A stretch of 64,000 bases of DNA from Felis catus. Taxonomy: Eukaryota. Made by a program: the position numbers and the translations under genes. The stretch is taken from NCBI RefSeq assembly GCF_018350175.1, contig NC_058384.1, forward strand, positions 63,612,001 to 63,676,000. The letters are read 5' to 3'. The notes under the pieces are model-generated. The model saw nothing but the letters and a program-made list of their open reading frames with translations. It did no database searches and had not been told where the DNA came from. This document shows, piece after piece, positions 42,275 through 55,837 of the stretch; position 1 is the stretch's first letter; each line of letters begins with the position of its first letter.

Positions 42275-44920
42275 ATGAACGGGACGGACCGGCAGCCCAG
42301 GAGGGGCTTGGCGGGGTGCTGGCCGTGGGGAGCCCGACCCCGCCTGCCGCTCCCCCCTGCGCCCGTCTCCCTGCCGCCGCTGCTACTGCTGGCCTCCCTC
42401 CTGCCCTCGGCCCGGCCGGCCAGCCCCCTCCCCCGGGAGGAGGAGATCGTGTTTCCAGAGAAGCTTAACGGCAGCATCCTGCCGGGTCTGGGCGCCCCTG
42501 CCAGGCTTCTGTACCGCCTGCCGGCCTTTGGGGAGACGCTGCTGCTTGAGCTGGAGCAGGACCCCGGCGTGCGGGTCGAGGGGCTGACGGTGCAGTACCT
42601 GGGCCAAGCACCTGAGCTGCTGGGAGGGGCAGAGCCGGGCACCTACCTCACCGGCACCGTCAACGGAGACCCAGAGTCGGTGGCATCTCTGCACTGGGAC
42701 GGGGCAGCCCTGCTAGGGGTGCTGCAGTATCGGGGGACCGAGCTCCACATCCAGCCCCTGGAGGGAGGCACCCCTAACTCTGCCGGGGGCCCCGGGGCTC
42801 ACATCCTACGCCGGAAGAGTCCTGCCAGCGGCCAGGGCCCCATGTGCAACGTCAAGGCTCCCCCCGGGGACCCCAGCCCCAGCCCCCGAAGAGCCAAGGT
42901 AGGCAAGCCCTGGAGTCTGTGTCCTGCAGCGTCCTCCCGCCATGTCTGTCCTACTGACCCCCATTCACGCTCTCTCCACCCACTTCCACGGCTGGCCATT
43001 CTGCCTCTTCCCTGCCTTGTGTCTGCCTCTGCTCTTTCCACCAGCCTCCCTTCTTGGGAAGGCTCTGGCTTCTCCCTGCCCCAACCCTTCTCCCGGCCGG
43101 ACTGCTGGTCCCACCCGAGGAGGGCTCTCGGGGTTCTCTGCCGGGAGTGACCTCCCCTCTGGCCACCCCAACCCCGCTTGGCCACAGCATCCTACTGGTA
43201 CCATCTCCTGCGATAAGGCTATCCTGACGGCCCCTTGGCCGTCCCAAACTTTCCGCGCCCCAAATTGGATTTCTACCCGCCCCCCCCCTCCTCCCCCCAC
43301 CAGCAACTATAAAGGAGTGAGAGGTTTGAAAGGAGTGAGGATTGGCCTCCGGCTTCTGGTGCTGCCTTCACGATAGTTCTGGCAAAGTGCAAACTAGGGC
43401 CGAAGTGGACGAGGAGGAAAGGCGCCCCGTACCTGGTCAGTCCCCTTCCAGCACTGCGGACTGACTGCAAGGCGGCCTGAGTCTCCATCCTTCCCTCCCT
43501 CCCACTGCCGGCCTCCCCCCCCCCCCCCCCCCCCCCCCCGCTTTAATCCAGACCAGCCGCTCTCCCTCCACACCCGCCACGCTGAGATCTGGCCCTGGCC
43601 CTAGCTGCTGACTGAATTGTTCCTCCAACCACACAGGGCAGACACGTTGCAGCCCGGCCCTCTAGCTCCAGGCCTGCAGGCCCCGTCGCACTCGGGCCTG
43701 GGGGACCCCCAAACCCCTCCCAGAGGCATTCTCACTGCGCTTTCGCCTCTGGGGCTCGCGCAGCCCTGGGACGTGGCATCCCCCCCTCCCATCCCCTCCC
43801 CTTCTCAGAACCGACAGCTGATTTCTCAGAGTTACCACAAAAGCCCTGGGACTTTGGGGTTGGGGGGAGGGCCCAGGCGAGACCCGTGGGGAATGTGTGG
43901 CGCAGCTGGCTCTGCTGAGTTCCAGACCCAGGAAGTAAGGGGGGTGGGGGGTAGTGATCCACGGGGCTGGGCGGCTGTTTCAGGGCGCCCCCCCCCTCTT
44001 TTCCAATCCAGCGCTTCGCTTCACTGAGTAGATTTGTGGAGACTCTGGTGGTGGCCGACGACAAAATGGCAGCATTTCACGGCGCGGGGCTAAAGCGCTA
44101 CCTGCTGACGGTGATGGCGGCAACGGCCAAGGCCTTCAAGCACCCAAGCATCCGCAACCCCGTCAGCTTGGTGGTGACTCGCCTCGTGATTCTGGGGCCA
44201 GGCGAGGAAGGGCCCCAAGTGGGACCCAGCGCCGCCCAGACCCTGCGCAGCTTCTGCGCCTGGCAGCGAGGACTCAACACCCCCGAGGACTCGGACCCGG
44301 CCCACTTTGACACAGCCATTCTGTTCACCCGGCAGGTGAGGCCCCAGTCGGCCCCCACGGGCCACGTGCTGCGTTAACTCCCCAACCAGCGGCATGTGGA
44401 AACCGTGACGTAAACGGCGCCCCTGGAGCCGCACGACGTGTCGCCTCGGCCCCGGCCACGCGGCCGAGGCCATCCAGGCCCCGACGGCTCTGGGGGCCCA
44501 GCTAACCTAGATCTCTCGTCCCGGCGGGCCCCGGGGTCTTGGTTCCTCATGCGTCTTCTGTGACCCCTCTCCGCAGGACCTGTGTGGGGTCTCCACCTGC
44601 GACACTCTGGGCATGGCCGACGTGGGCACCGTGTGTGACCCGGCTCGGAGCTGTGCTATTGTGGAGGACGATGGGCTCCAGTCAGCCTTCACCGCTGCTC
44701 ACGAACTGGGTAATGTGGGAGTGGGGCTGTGGAGCACCCGGGATGGATGAGAGAGGTAGCAGGCCCGGGGAAAGGGGACAATGTGTTCACTAGAATGCGA
44801 GTAGGGGTCACAAGGTGACCTCCACCCCCCGGCCTAGGCCCAGGGCCATTATCCTTCTCTGCTGTGGACAAACATTTAGCTTCTTCTATTAAATGAGATA
44901 GCGTGTGGAAACTTACCGTG

Positions 44921-44973
<53 letters not shown>

Positions 44974-47900
44974 GGGACGGCACAATATTGAGAGAGACAC
45001 TATTCGTCAGAGTCAGCGATAGAATGTTGGGAACGTTGGCTACAAGGAAAAGAGGGTAGGGAGGTGCCCTGAGTGTGTTTGGGGGGAAGGGGAGACAGAG
45101 AAATGGGGGCTACATATGGAGGAACCCTGGAGCCCCGGAAGGAGACGGGGGGCGGGGGCAGTGTGGGATGCGGGGAGAATCTGACCATCCACAGCTGGAA
45201 CCAGGTTTATCATGGGCTTGAAGCCCCCTGAGGGCACAGAGAGGGGACCCTTGGGCCCTAACCAGGCCTCTGCTCTCACAGGCCATGTCTTCAACATGCT
45301 CCATGACAACTCAAAGTCATGTGTTGGTCTGAATGGGCCTGGAAGCACCTCCCGCCATGTCATGGCTCCTGTGATGGCTCACGTGGACCCCGAGGAGCCC
45401 TGGTCCCCCTGCAGTGCCCGCTTCATCACTGACTTCCTGGACAATGGCTATGGTAAGCAGATGGCTCACCCCTTTCTCTGTTCGGCTCTGGGCTCCTGCC
45501 CCACCCCCCACCCCCCACCATACTCTCTCTTCTGCTACGTTCTGCATGGGCCCAGTTGACTCCCTCAAATGTGTTTCCTCTGCAGTGTGGGACGGGGTGA
45601 GAAATGCTTCTGTCTTTGCGTGGTTCCCACTTCCTCTAGAATAAATAGCACAGCCAAGGCAGGCAACTTTTGGTGCGGTAGAATTAGATCTCACCTTTTA
45701 AGGGTCAGCCCTGTTCACACTAGAATGGGCCCGCTGTGAGGGAGGTGACCGCCCGTCACTTGAGGTGTGCAAGCCTGCGGGACGGCCTGCTACTCGGCAG
45801 GTTGCTGATAAGAAGCAGACTCCAGAGTCCTGTAGTTGCTTAGAGCAGGTAGGAAGACTCAGGGCTTTGGGTTCCTGTCCTGATGCTGTTCGTTAGACAC
45901 GCGTAGATGTGTGAGTGTAAGTTTCTTCGAGTCTGTGTGTCTGATCTGTAAAACAGGTCTCTCGGTTAAACGAGAGAGCGTCGCTCAGGCATTGAGCCGA
46001 GGCTCATCACATAACAAGCACCCAGTCAATTGCCTCTGCTGCTGAAAGCTTTCTCTGGCCTCGGAATTTGGATTCTAGGATCCCTCAGGCCCCTGGGAGT
46101 CCAAGCTTTCAGCCGGCAACCTAGAGCGTGCCCTCAGCCCGCTGCTGACCTCACATCCCTACCCCCTTCCCAGGGCACTGTCTCTTAGACAAGCCAGAGG
46201 CGCCCCTGCGTCTGCCTGTGACTTTCCCCGGCAAGGACTATGACGCTGATCGCCAGTGCCAGCTGACCTTCGGGCCTGACTCACGCCATTGTCCGCAGCT
46301 GCCTCCGCCCTGTGCTGCCCTCTGGTGCTCCGGCCATCTCAACGGCCATGCCATGTGCCAGACCAAGCATTCGCCCTGGGCCGATGGCACCCCCTGCGGC
46401 CCGGCGCAGGCCTGCATGGGTGGCCGCTGCCTCCACGTGGACCAGCTTCAGGATTTCAACGTGAGGTCCCAGGGCAGGGGTGCAAGCAGGGGGCCAGGGG
46501 GAGTGGGGACTGGCCCTGGGCCTGGGAGACGGTACTTACTGGCAGAGCACCCTTTCTGCTTCTGCAGGTCCCACAGGCTGGCGGCTGGGGTCCCTGGGGA
46601 TCATGGGGCGGCTGCTCTCGGAGCTGCGGGGGCGGCGTCCAGTTCTCTTCCCGGGACTGCACGCGGCCGGTCCCCCGCAACGGCGGCAAGTACTGTGAGG
46701 GCCGCCGCACCCGCTTCCGTTCCTGCAACACCCAGGACTGCCCAACGGGGTCAGGTGAGGAGTGGGAGGGACAGAGGCCTTCAGGCGGGGACGGTGGGGC
46801 TGAGGCGGTCGTCCCTTGAGTGTAGGGACCGTCCCCTGCTGTCGAGGGGAGAGACCTCACCGTTCAGGGACCTCCTCTGGCAGTCTGTGGGGGGAGAGCG
46901 GTGCCACGCCGTCCAGGGGCCTGAGGGGCTGGGACGGAGGGGCTGCGGTGGGACGTGGTAAGGAAAGAGGACCCTGACCGGCCGTTTTACCCCGACAGCA
47001 CTGACCTTCCGCGAAGAGCAGTGCGCCGCCTACAACCACCGCACCGACCTCTTCAAGAGCTTTCCGGGGCCCATGGACTGGGTCCCGCGCTACACAGGGG
47101 TGGCCCCCCGGGACCAGTGCAAACTCACCTGCCAGGCCCGGGCCCTGGGCTACTACTACGTGCTGGAGCCACGGGTGAGGGCCGGACGCCCCCGGGCGCC
47201 GTGCGTTCTCGGTCTTTCCCGCGGCCCCCCCTACCTGCTGAGATGGCACAGTTCCCCCAAAGCAGCCCATAGCCGTGCCGGGCCAGCCCGGGCTCGGTCA
47301 GGCTCCTCTGTCCCCCCGGGCATTTGGAAAACAAGCTCCAGACTCTAGATAAGTTTCCCGTGGTTTCTTTTTCTCTCTCTTCCCGTCTCCCTGGGCTCTG
47401 CTTCGTGAGAAGGGATGTGGCCTTTTGGGCAAGTCTTTGACCCCGTTTCCTTGGGCTCCTCTCTGAATTCCAGGGGTGGCCTCGTTCAGCTCGCGGATGG
47501 CCAGTCCGTCACTGGACAGGCCTCTTGGAGACAGGGGCGCCTCCCCACTCCCTCCCTGCGCTAGGGCGGTTTGTTGAAGGCCGAAGGGAGGAGCCCTAGC
47601 AGATTTTTCACCCCTACCCCGGGGAAAATTCGTACACGTCGGCCGCCCCCTAGCGTCCATGTGGGTCGCTGCCTTCGAGGTTCAGGGCTGGCATTGAGAC
47701 TGGGACGGACGTGTGGTGTCCGCCTGGGCCCCTCTGCTTGCCAGCTGTCTCCCCTTTGGGAGACTGTGCATGCATCTTTCTGAAACCTCAGTGCTCCATC
47801 TCTGGAAACCTCAAGGAGTGCTTGTGAGATTTGCATTCTTGTTTACAAAGCACGTAGCACAGTGCCTGGTCCATAGGGAGTATTCTGAAAACGGTAGATT

Positions 47901-49182
47901 TTTAAATTTCTGTTGTCGCCACGCTCATCACCCCTTACAGCGGCGGGGCTCACGCCGCACCCCGTCCACGTCCCCCCCCCTGCCCAGCCTTTACGACGGC
48001 CCCTTCCTGGCGGGATCTGGCTTCACCCAATCCCTTCTGACTTGGCATTGCTCCTCTCTTGGCAGGTGGTAGACGGTACGCCCTGTTCCCCGGACAGCTC
48101 CTCGGTCTGTGTGCAGGGCCGCTGCATCCACGCCGGCTGTGACCGTGTCATCGGCTCCAAAAAGAAGTTTGACAAGTGCATGGTGTGCGGGGGGGATGGT
48201 TCCAGCTGCCGAAAGCAGTCCGGCTCCTTCAGAAAATTCAGGTTCGTCCGCTATTTATTTCCTCCCCTCGGGCCCCTGGGGTTGCCAGGATGAACTTAAC
48301 GCTGTTTCTCCCCTCAAAGAGCTTCCTGTCTCGCAGGGGAGACAGATGAGTAGCCAGGTACAGCACAGGGTTCCACCTGTTGAGCAGGTGGCAGCCTGGG
48401 CTGCTGTGAGGGCCCTGGTGGGCCTCAGGGAGGGCTTCCCCAGGAGGTAACTTGCTCCTGGAGGGAGAGGAGGAATCGGACTGGCATCGAAGAGGTGGGC
48501 TTCGAGGGGCACCTCAGTGAGGGGGCACTGGATGCAAAGGTCTAGAGAGAAGAGGGAGGAGGGCACGCTTGCACACAGCTCAGACCTACAGACCTGAGAC
48601 TATCGGATCTCAGGTCTATGGGGACCCCTTACACAGCTTTAGGGGGACAACCCTCTTTGCACACATACTCACACATACGGCCGTACAAACACAGCTCGGA
48701 AAGGCTGGAGGGATTCCGGAAGATGCTGAGCTCCGCCTCTATTCCTCCCACGCAGGTACGGGTACAACAACGTGGTCACGATCCCCGCGGGGGCCACTCA
48801 TATCCTTGTCCGGCAGCAGGGGGCCCCCGGTGTCCGCAGCCTCTACCTGGCCCTGAAGCTCCAGGATGGCTCCTATGCCCTCAACGGTGAATACACTCTG
48901 ATGCCCTCTGCCACGGATGTGGTGCTGCCCGGGGCGGTCAGTCTACGCTACAGCGGGGCCACCGCGGCCTCGGAGACACTGTCAGGCCACGGGCCGCTGG
49001 CCCAGCCCTTAACGCTGCAGGTCCTGGTGGCTAGCAACCCCCAGAACGCTCGCCTCCGGTACAGCTTCTTCGTGCCCCAGCCGGCCCCTTCGACGCCGCG
49101 TCCCACCCCCCAGGACTGGCTGCACCGCAAGGCACAGATCCTGGAGATCCTCCGGCGGCGCCCCTGGGCGGGCAGGAAATAA
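42275..49182 (+). CDS. ADAMTS4: ADAMTS4 / aggrecanase-1, 834 aa, 9 coding exons
   Basis: Exons 42275-42898, 44012-44335, 44577-44709, 45282-45452, 46174-46460, 46568-46754, 46999-47174, 48066-48241, 48756-49182 total 2505 nt; furin site RRAKR|FASLS, zinc motif [12 protein letters not shown], single [20 protein letters not shown], spacer ending RRRPWAGRK. Confidence 0.97.
44924..44970. repeat. (TG)n microsatellite in ADAMTS4 intron 3
   Basis: About 23 perfect TG units. Confidence 0.95.
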
Positions 49183-49931
49183 CCTCATCGTCCCCGCTGC
49201 CCTCCGTGGGCACCGGGGCCTCGGACTGAGTTGGGAGAGAGAGGGGGGGGGCTTCCGCGGCTGCCTCACGCTGCCACGGCAGGGAGGGGCTGAGACTGTG
49301 AGGCCTGCCCTCCTCCCCTGCCCTGATGCGCAGGCTGGCCCTGCCCTGGTTTCCTGCCCTGGACGGCAGTGACGGGTGGTGGATGGAAGGGGCTGGGGAC
49401 AGTCCCCCATCTAAACTGCCCCCTCCACCCTGCTGGTCACAGGAGGGAGGGGGAAGCCGGGGGAGGCAGTTGTATTTATTTAGTATTTATTCACTTTTAT
49501 TTAGCACCAGGGAAGGGGACGAGGGCTAGGGTCCTGGGGAAACTGACTTCCGCCCCTCATNNNNNNNNNNNNNNNNNNNNNNNNNNNNNNNNNNNNNNNN
49601 NNNNNNNNNNNNNNNNNNNNNNNNNNNNNNNNNNNNNNNNNNNNNNNNNNNNNNNNNNNNNNNNNNNNNNNNNNNNNNNNNNNNNNNNNTGCCCTGCTTT
49701 CTCCTCCCTGAACTTTGTTTTCTGGGAAAGGGAGAGTCAAGGGGAGGATAGGCCTTCAGGGAGTAAGGGATTATCATATTTTTTAAATATATATTGAATT
49801 CTGCTATTTATGTGTTCCTTTGGGAGTCAGACACATGTGGGCTTGCACCCCGGCTCCACACCTCCGAACGTTCGTTTCCTCAGTTGCCAATAATAATACC
49901 TCCCTTGGAAGTTGTTGGACTAAGTCATGTA

Positions 49932-50198
49932 AATAAAGGACTAGCATCGTGCCCGGCGCTGGGTCAAGTGCTCTGCGGTGGCCGCTGCCTCTGGATGGTG
50001 TCACCGCCGCTCTGCCTGCCTCCGGCGCCCAGGGGCTCGGAGGTGGCGGAGAGCACGTCAGCGGTGCCCACCCTCAGCCCCAGGCCACGCTCCTCTGGTG
50101 GGCAGGACGCCGTCCTGCACTCGGAGGGACTCTCAGAGAAAGGACGGCTGTGTCCCTGATCCCTGGAGATACCCAGTCAGTGGAGACGGAATAATAAA
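49932..50198 (+). terminator. Candidate ADAMTS4 poly(A) signals
   Basis: AATAAA at 49932-49937 and 50193-50198. Confidence 0.55.
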
Positions 50199-50928
50199 TG
50201 CTCGACCCCAGACACAGTTGATAAGAACAAGAAGGCGCAAAGGAAAACAAGAACAGCTCCGTCCACACCAACAGGCACTTAGGACTGAGAGCCCCTCGTG
50301 GGGTCTGGTGGGGATGTCATTGTAGGAAGGGCACTGGAGAGGGAGTCCCCGGGCGTGAATTTGAGTTGGGGTTCAGTCTTACCGGCTAGTGGTGTTGGGG
50401 AAGTCACTGGTGCTGAGCCTTCGGCGGCTCTTATGCGTCAGGGGGCTGATAATACCCATCCCCACCGGGTTGTTCTGGAAACAGTTGATAACCACAGTTT
50501 CAGAACAGCAAAGGCCGAACCGCGTGAGAGGTTACCCTTGTGACTACTGAGTGATTAGGACAGGGGCCCCCAGAATCAACCGGGGCAAACACAGCAGACG
50601 TCTCTGAAGGCGTGAGGATAGAACGGCATTTAACAGAGGGCAGGGCATGGTTTGGGAAGTCCAACGGGCAAGGAGAATGGCGGGGAGGTGGGTCTGGGGG
50701 AGGTTGGGGGCGGACAGCCAGGTATTCCCTGGAGGTCGACGCAGGGAACAGAGACTCGAGGGGCAGGAGGTCACCAGACACAGTTGTACTTTTCCTTCCG
50801 AGCAGGTGGCCTTGCTTAAGAACGAACCGGGGCAGCCCTGTGTGCGTCGTGGAGGACGCGCGGTTGGAAGAGGGGTGGCAGGTGGATCGGAACGATAGGC
50901 AGAGCCCTGTGCGAAGTCCGTGCGAGAT

Positions 50929-50954
<26 letters not shown>
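50929..50954. repeat. (AC)n microsatellite
   Basis: About 12-13 AC units. Confidence 0.9.
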
Positions 50955-50959
<5 letters not shown>

Positions 50960-51250
50960 GTGTGACTGACCGGGCTCACCCATCGGAAACAACAGGACGT
51001 TGCAAAGCTCTGCATCATAAGGGCCAGATAAGCCATAGAGCCTGAGCCCAGACTCAGTGGGCTGTGAGGGGTAAGGAGGGTGAGTCTCAGGCTGGGCTGA
51101 GCAGAGGGCCACCCTGACGGCCTTCTCGCCTTTCCGTCGTGCTCGCCATAGTTCACACTTTGAAAGTCACCTTCACATGCAGCCCCTTAACGGGAGGCTC
51201 TTCCCTCACCGCGTCGGGCTCTGCCTGGCATAAAGAGGAAACTTTTCTCA

Positions 51251-51475
51251 GGGGTGCATGGGTGGCTCAGTCAGTTGAGCGTCTGACTCCCGGCTCAGAG
51301 GGCGTGATCTTGCAGTTCGGGAGTTCGAGCCCCGCCACGGGCTTGCTGCTGTCAGCACAGACGGTGGTGCCTGCTTTGGATCCTCTGCCCGCCTCCCCCC
51401 CCCCCCCCGCCATCTCTCTCCGCCCCTCCCCTGCTTGTTCTCTGTTTCTCAAAAATAAATAAAACATTACAAAAC
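51251..51475 (+). mobile_element. Can-SINE
   Basis: ggggtgcatgggtggctcagtcagttgagcg head, A tail. Confidence 0.85.
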
Positions 51476-52014
51476 ATTTTGGTTTCGACTTATGAAATTT
51501 TTCCCAGAGAGGGAATGAGCTTAGGGACCATGTCTGTGGTTGGGTGGGCGCGAAAGCAGAGGACACAGAGAGCTAGCCTCTCAAAGACGAGTAGTGGGCA
51601 TCACGGCCCTCAATCCCGGGCGAGGCCCGACCCCTTTCTGGAATGCTCTTCTCCAGCCCACCCTTCCCCTACCTCGGCTAGAGACTGGCCTGATGCCCCC
51701 CTCAGGGGTCCAGCGAGTTCTTGCCAGGGATGGGGGGAATTCATACCTTCTTGGAAGAGCCAGATGGGCTCTTGTCTCTCCAGTCTGCCTACTTACTGCC
51801 TTCCTGGGCCTGTGCTACGTTGTGGGCGAGCAATCAGGAGGAGAAACAGGAATATCAGGAAGTTATGTTATGCACACCGAGCTCCAGTATCTGGTCTTAG
51901 AGGGAAAAAGCGAGAACAACAGTGAGCTGATGAAAGGGAGTCTGTGACTGGGGGAGGACGAGGGCAGCGAGCGCCCTGTCCCTGGAGAAGTTCAAGCAGA
52001 GTTTGGACAACCAT

Positions 52015-52225
52015 TTTTTTTAAACGCCTATTTATTTTTGAGACAGCGAGAGACAGAGCACGAACGGGGGAGGGTCAGAGAGAGAGGGAGACACAGAATC
52101 GGAAGCAGGCTCCAGGCTCTGAGCCGTCGGCACAGAGCCCGACGCGGGGCTCGAACTCACGGACCGTGAGATCATGACCCGAGCCGAAGTGGGACACTTA
52201 GCCGACTGAACCACCCAGGCGCCCC
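52015..52225 (-). mobile_element. Felid Can-SINE
   Basis: Full reverse copy; TSD tggacaaccatttt. Confidence 0.9.
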
Positions 52226-53380
52226 TGGACAACCATTTTATGGGGTGGTAAGTGCTGTGCCTGTGTGTTTGGGGTGGGGCTGGGGGCTTGAACAATAACT
52301 GTGAGCCGAGCCAATTTCTTAAAGCTCTTTCTGCCCCTCTGATCCTCCACCTCTGCGGTTAGAGCACAGGAAATCCGAGCATTTGTCCAGCCGCGATTTT
52401 CGCGGTGGGGGGTGAGAAAGCCAGGTTTCTGGGATGCTCTGCTCACGTACACGTCTACCCCAGCCCCAGCCCCTCTTCTTTAATCTTCACGTAGTATTAC
52501 AGTATTTGGCCTTCTAAACTACCAGACTGACAGTCAGTGACAAAACCCAGCAGCTCATTGGTCAGGGCTTGGGGGGGGGAAGGAGGGGGAAGAAAGTGGA
52601 ATTCGATGTATTAACATTTTATTGGCTAAGAGGATGCTTCTGAACCAATTGAATACTTTCCCCATTGACTGTTGCTAGAGGGGTAAGCCAAAATCATTTG
52701 CAGCAAGACTCAACCAGCTGACAGCTGGGGGAAACCACCAGTTCTAAAAATGCTCAGAGGAAGCCCGAGGGGTGCGGGAGGGTGGGGGGGGGGGGTGGGT
52801 GGTGGCAGAGAGGAATTACTGAACAATTTCCCCAGAAAGGACCTTGTATAGGGACAGGCCCAGAGGACTTAAGTAGCCTTCGGAAGAAAAGGGAGGAGAG
52901 GAAGCATGTTTAAGACATCCCTCATGGTCTTTGGGAAACCAGCACCCGGCCCTACAAACCCAGGGACGCACCCTGAGGTTGGCCTGTCCAGCTTTACAGA
53001 GACGTATCAGCACACCCTCCCGATAACGTAGAGGCATACAAGCATCGAGAAGCTGCAAATATGAGAATTTTGGCCTGAAAGTGGGTCAGAGGAAAACATA
53101 TTAATTGAAATATCACTTCCTACGGAGAACTGACTGTTTCTCCGTTTGTTCAGTAACTAAGCCATCGGGTTATGAACGGGAGTCAGAATCACGCTCTCAC
53201 GGCATCCGGAAAGGACACCGAGTTTTGGAGTCAGACTGAATCTAAGCTTTGCTACTCACACGTGATGATGTGATCTGAAATTCCTTGATCTCGGCGGCCC
53301 TCGGTTTCTTAAGGTGTAAAGTGGGTATTACTACTACCTGCCTTATGGAGAGGTTGTCAGAACTTAAGAATATAATGGCA

Positions 53381-53566
53381 GGGGCGCCTGGGTGGCTCGG
53401 TCGTGAGGCGTTTGATTCTTAATTTCAGCTCAGGTCATGATCTCATGGTTTGTGAGTTCCAGCCCTGCTTGGGATGCTCCCTCTCCCTCTCTCCTTCTCT
53501 GCCCCTCCACTGCTCTCTCTCTCTCTCTGTCTCTCAAAAATAAATAAACATTAAAAAAAGAAGAAG
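53381..53566 (+). mobile_element. Can-SINE inserted in a MIR (about 53220-53620)
   Basis: TSD agaatataatgg; MIR text on both sides. Confidence 0.85.
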
Positions 53567-54393
53567 AATATAATGGTGTATGTGTCTGGCCCTGTGTCTG
53601 GCTTCTAGTAAGTGTCAGTACATGCTGATTCTCTTCCCCTCAGGTCTCTTCCTTTGCCTGCCCCCTCTTTCCACTCCTGTATTAGCATGAGAAAATAAGT
53701 ATACCGAGGAACTGTCTAGGTCAGATATAAGACGGGCTATTTTGGAGAATTTGTGCTACAAGTTCTTGGTTACGTTTAGGGGATGATAAAAGGAAGCCAT
53801 GGTCCCCGTCCTTGGAGTTCACAGTCTGGTGGCTGAGACAGTCAAGTGAGACCAAAATGCCAGACCCCCGTGACAGATGCCATGAGATGAGGGACACCTA
53901 GCACAGAAGATGGGGCCACAAGTGTTCCTGGAGGAGGTGTCTGCCTCCCCTTCTAGAAGGCTGTGAGACTGCAGGGCCCCCAAGGAGAGTAAGCGGGTGG
54001 TGGAAGAAGAAAGAACTTCTGCTCCGAGGGCAGCTCAAGGGTTCTTCTCTGTTATGCAAAACCAAAGAGAAGTAAAACAAACAGCTTTGAAGGATAATAC
54101 TGTAAGTGGCCCAGTAGGGTTGGAAGGGGTGGTTGGGGTTAGAAGCTACATCTCAGTGGACAACGTTGAATGGGAGAGCGAAGATTTTAAAGACATTGGG
54201 CTGTTCCATAAAATGTGCTCCTGGTCCGTGCCGTCTCCTCCCAATGCCTCTGATGTTTCCCTGAGAAACTAAATAGAGATTTATATGCCTTTAAATTCAT
54301 TTTGAAAACGAGACCAGATTTCTTCTATTGCGTTGTGTGTCATGACTGGACCACTAGGGGCCCTAGGATTTTAAAATTTTTATTATTGTTATT

Positions 54394-55822
54394 TTTTCTT
54401 TTTTTAATTTACATCCCAGTTAGTTAGCGTCTAGTGCAACAATGATTTCAGGAGTAGATTCCTTAGTGCCCCTTACCCGTTTAGCCCATCCCCCCTCCTA
54501 CAACCCCTCCAGTAACCCTCCGTTTGTTCACCATATTTAAGAGTCTCTTCTGTTTTGTCCCCCTCCCTGTTTCTATATTATTTTTGCTTCCCTTCCCCTA
54601 TGTTCATCTGTTTTGTATCTTAAATTCCTCACGTGAGTGAAGCCACATGATATTTGTCTTTCTCTGACTGACCAATTTCGCTTAGTATAATACCCTCCAG
54701 TTCCATCCACGTCGTTGCAAATGGCAAGATTTCGTTCTTTTTGATTGCCGAGTAATACTCCATTGTATATACATACCGCATCTTCTTTATTCACTCATCC
54801 ATCGATGCATTTGGGCTCTTTCCATACTTTGGCTATTGTTGATAGTGCTGCTATAAACATTGGGGCGCATGTGCCCCTTCGAAACAGCATACCCGTATCC
54901 CTTGGATAAATACCTAGTAGTGCAATGGCTGGGTGGTAGGGTGGTTCTATTTTTAGTTTTTTGAAGAACCTCCATACTGTTTTCCAGAGTGGCTGCACCA
55001 ATTTGCATTCCCACCAGCAGTGCAAAAGGGTTCCTCTTTCTCCTCATCCTCCCCAGCATCTGTCCTTGCCTGAGTTGTTAATTTTAGCCATTCTGACAGG
55101 TGTGGTGGTATCTCATTGTGGTTTTGATTTGTATTTCCCTGATGATGAGTGATGTTGAGCATTTTTTCATGTGTTGGTTGACCATCTGGATGTCTGCTTT
55201 GGAGAAGTGTCTATTCACGTCTTTTGCCCATTTCTTCACTGGATTATTTGTTCTTCGGGTGTTGTGTTTGTTAAGTTCTTTATAGTTGTTGGATACTAAC
55301 CCTTTATCTGATATGTTCTTTACAAATATCTTCTCCCATTCTGTCAGTTGCCTTTTAGTTTTGCTGAATTCTTCGCTGTGCAGAAGCTTTGTATTTTGAT
55401 GAGATCCCAATAGTTCATTTTTGCTTTTGTTTCCCTTGCCTCTGGAAACCTGTTGAGTCAGAAGTTGCTGCGGCCAAGGTCAAAGAGGTTTTTGCCTGCT
55501 TTCTCCTCCAGGATTTTGATGGCTTCCTGTCTTACATTTAGGTCTTTCATCCACTTTGAGTTTATTTTTGTGTGTGGTGTAAGAAAGTGGTCCAGGTTCA
55601 TTCTTCTGCATGTCGCTGTCCAGTTTTCCCAGCACCACTTGCTGAAGAGTCTGTCTTTATTCCATTGGATATTCTTTCCTGCTTTGTCAAAGATTAGTTG
55701 GCCATATGTTTGTGGGTCCATTTCTGGGTTCTCTATTCTGTTCCATTGATCTGAGTGTCTGTTTTGGTGCCAGTACCATACTGTCTTGATGATTACAGCT
55801 TTGTAATACAGCTTGAAGTCTG
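54394..55822 (-). mobile_element. 5'-truncated LINE-1 (ORF2 C-terminus plus 3' UTR), frameshifted
   Basis: ORF track gives L1 ORF2 peptides [46 protein letters not shown] in different frames; possible TSD tattatt(g/a)ttatt. Confidence 0.93.
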
Positions 55823-55837
55823 TATTATTATTATTAT

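Noticed and set aside
54351-54363. CTCF-like CCACTAGGGGCCC
   Set aside because: Mismatch at a high-information core position; too weak without ChIP data.
54573-55749. L1 ORF2-like ORFs as a functional gene
   Set aside because: 5'-truncated and split over several frames; a dead retrotransposon copy.
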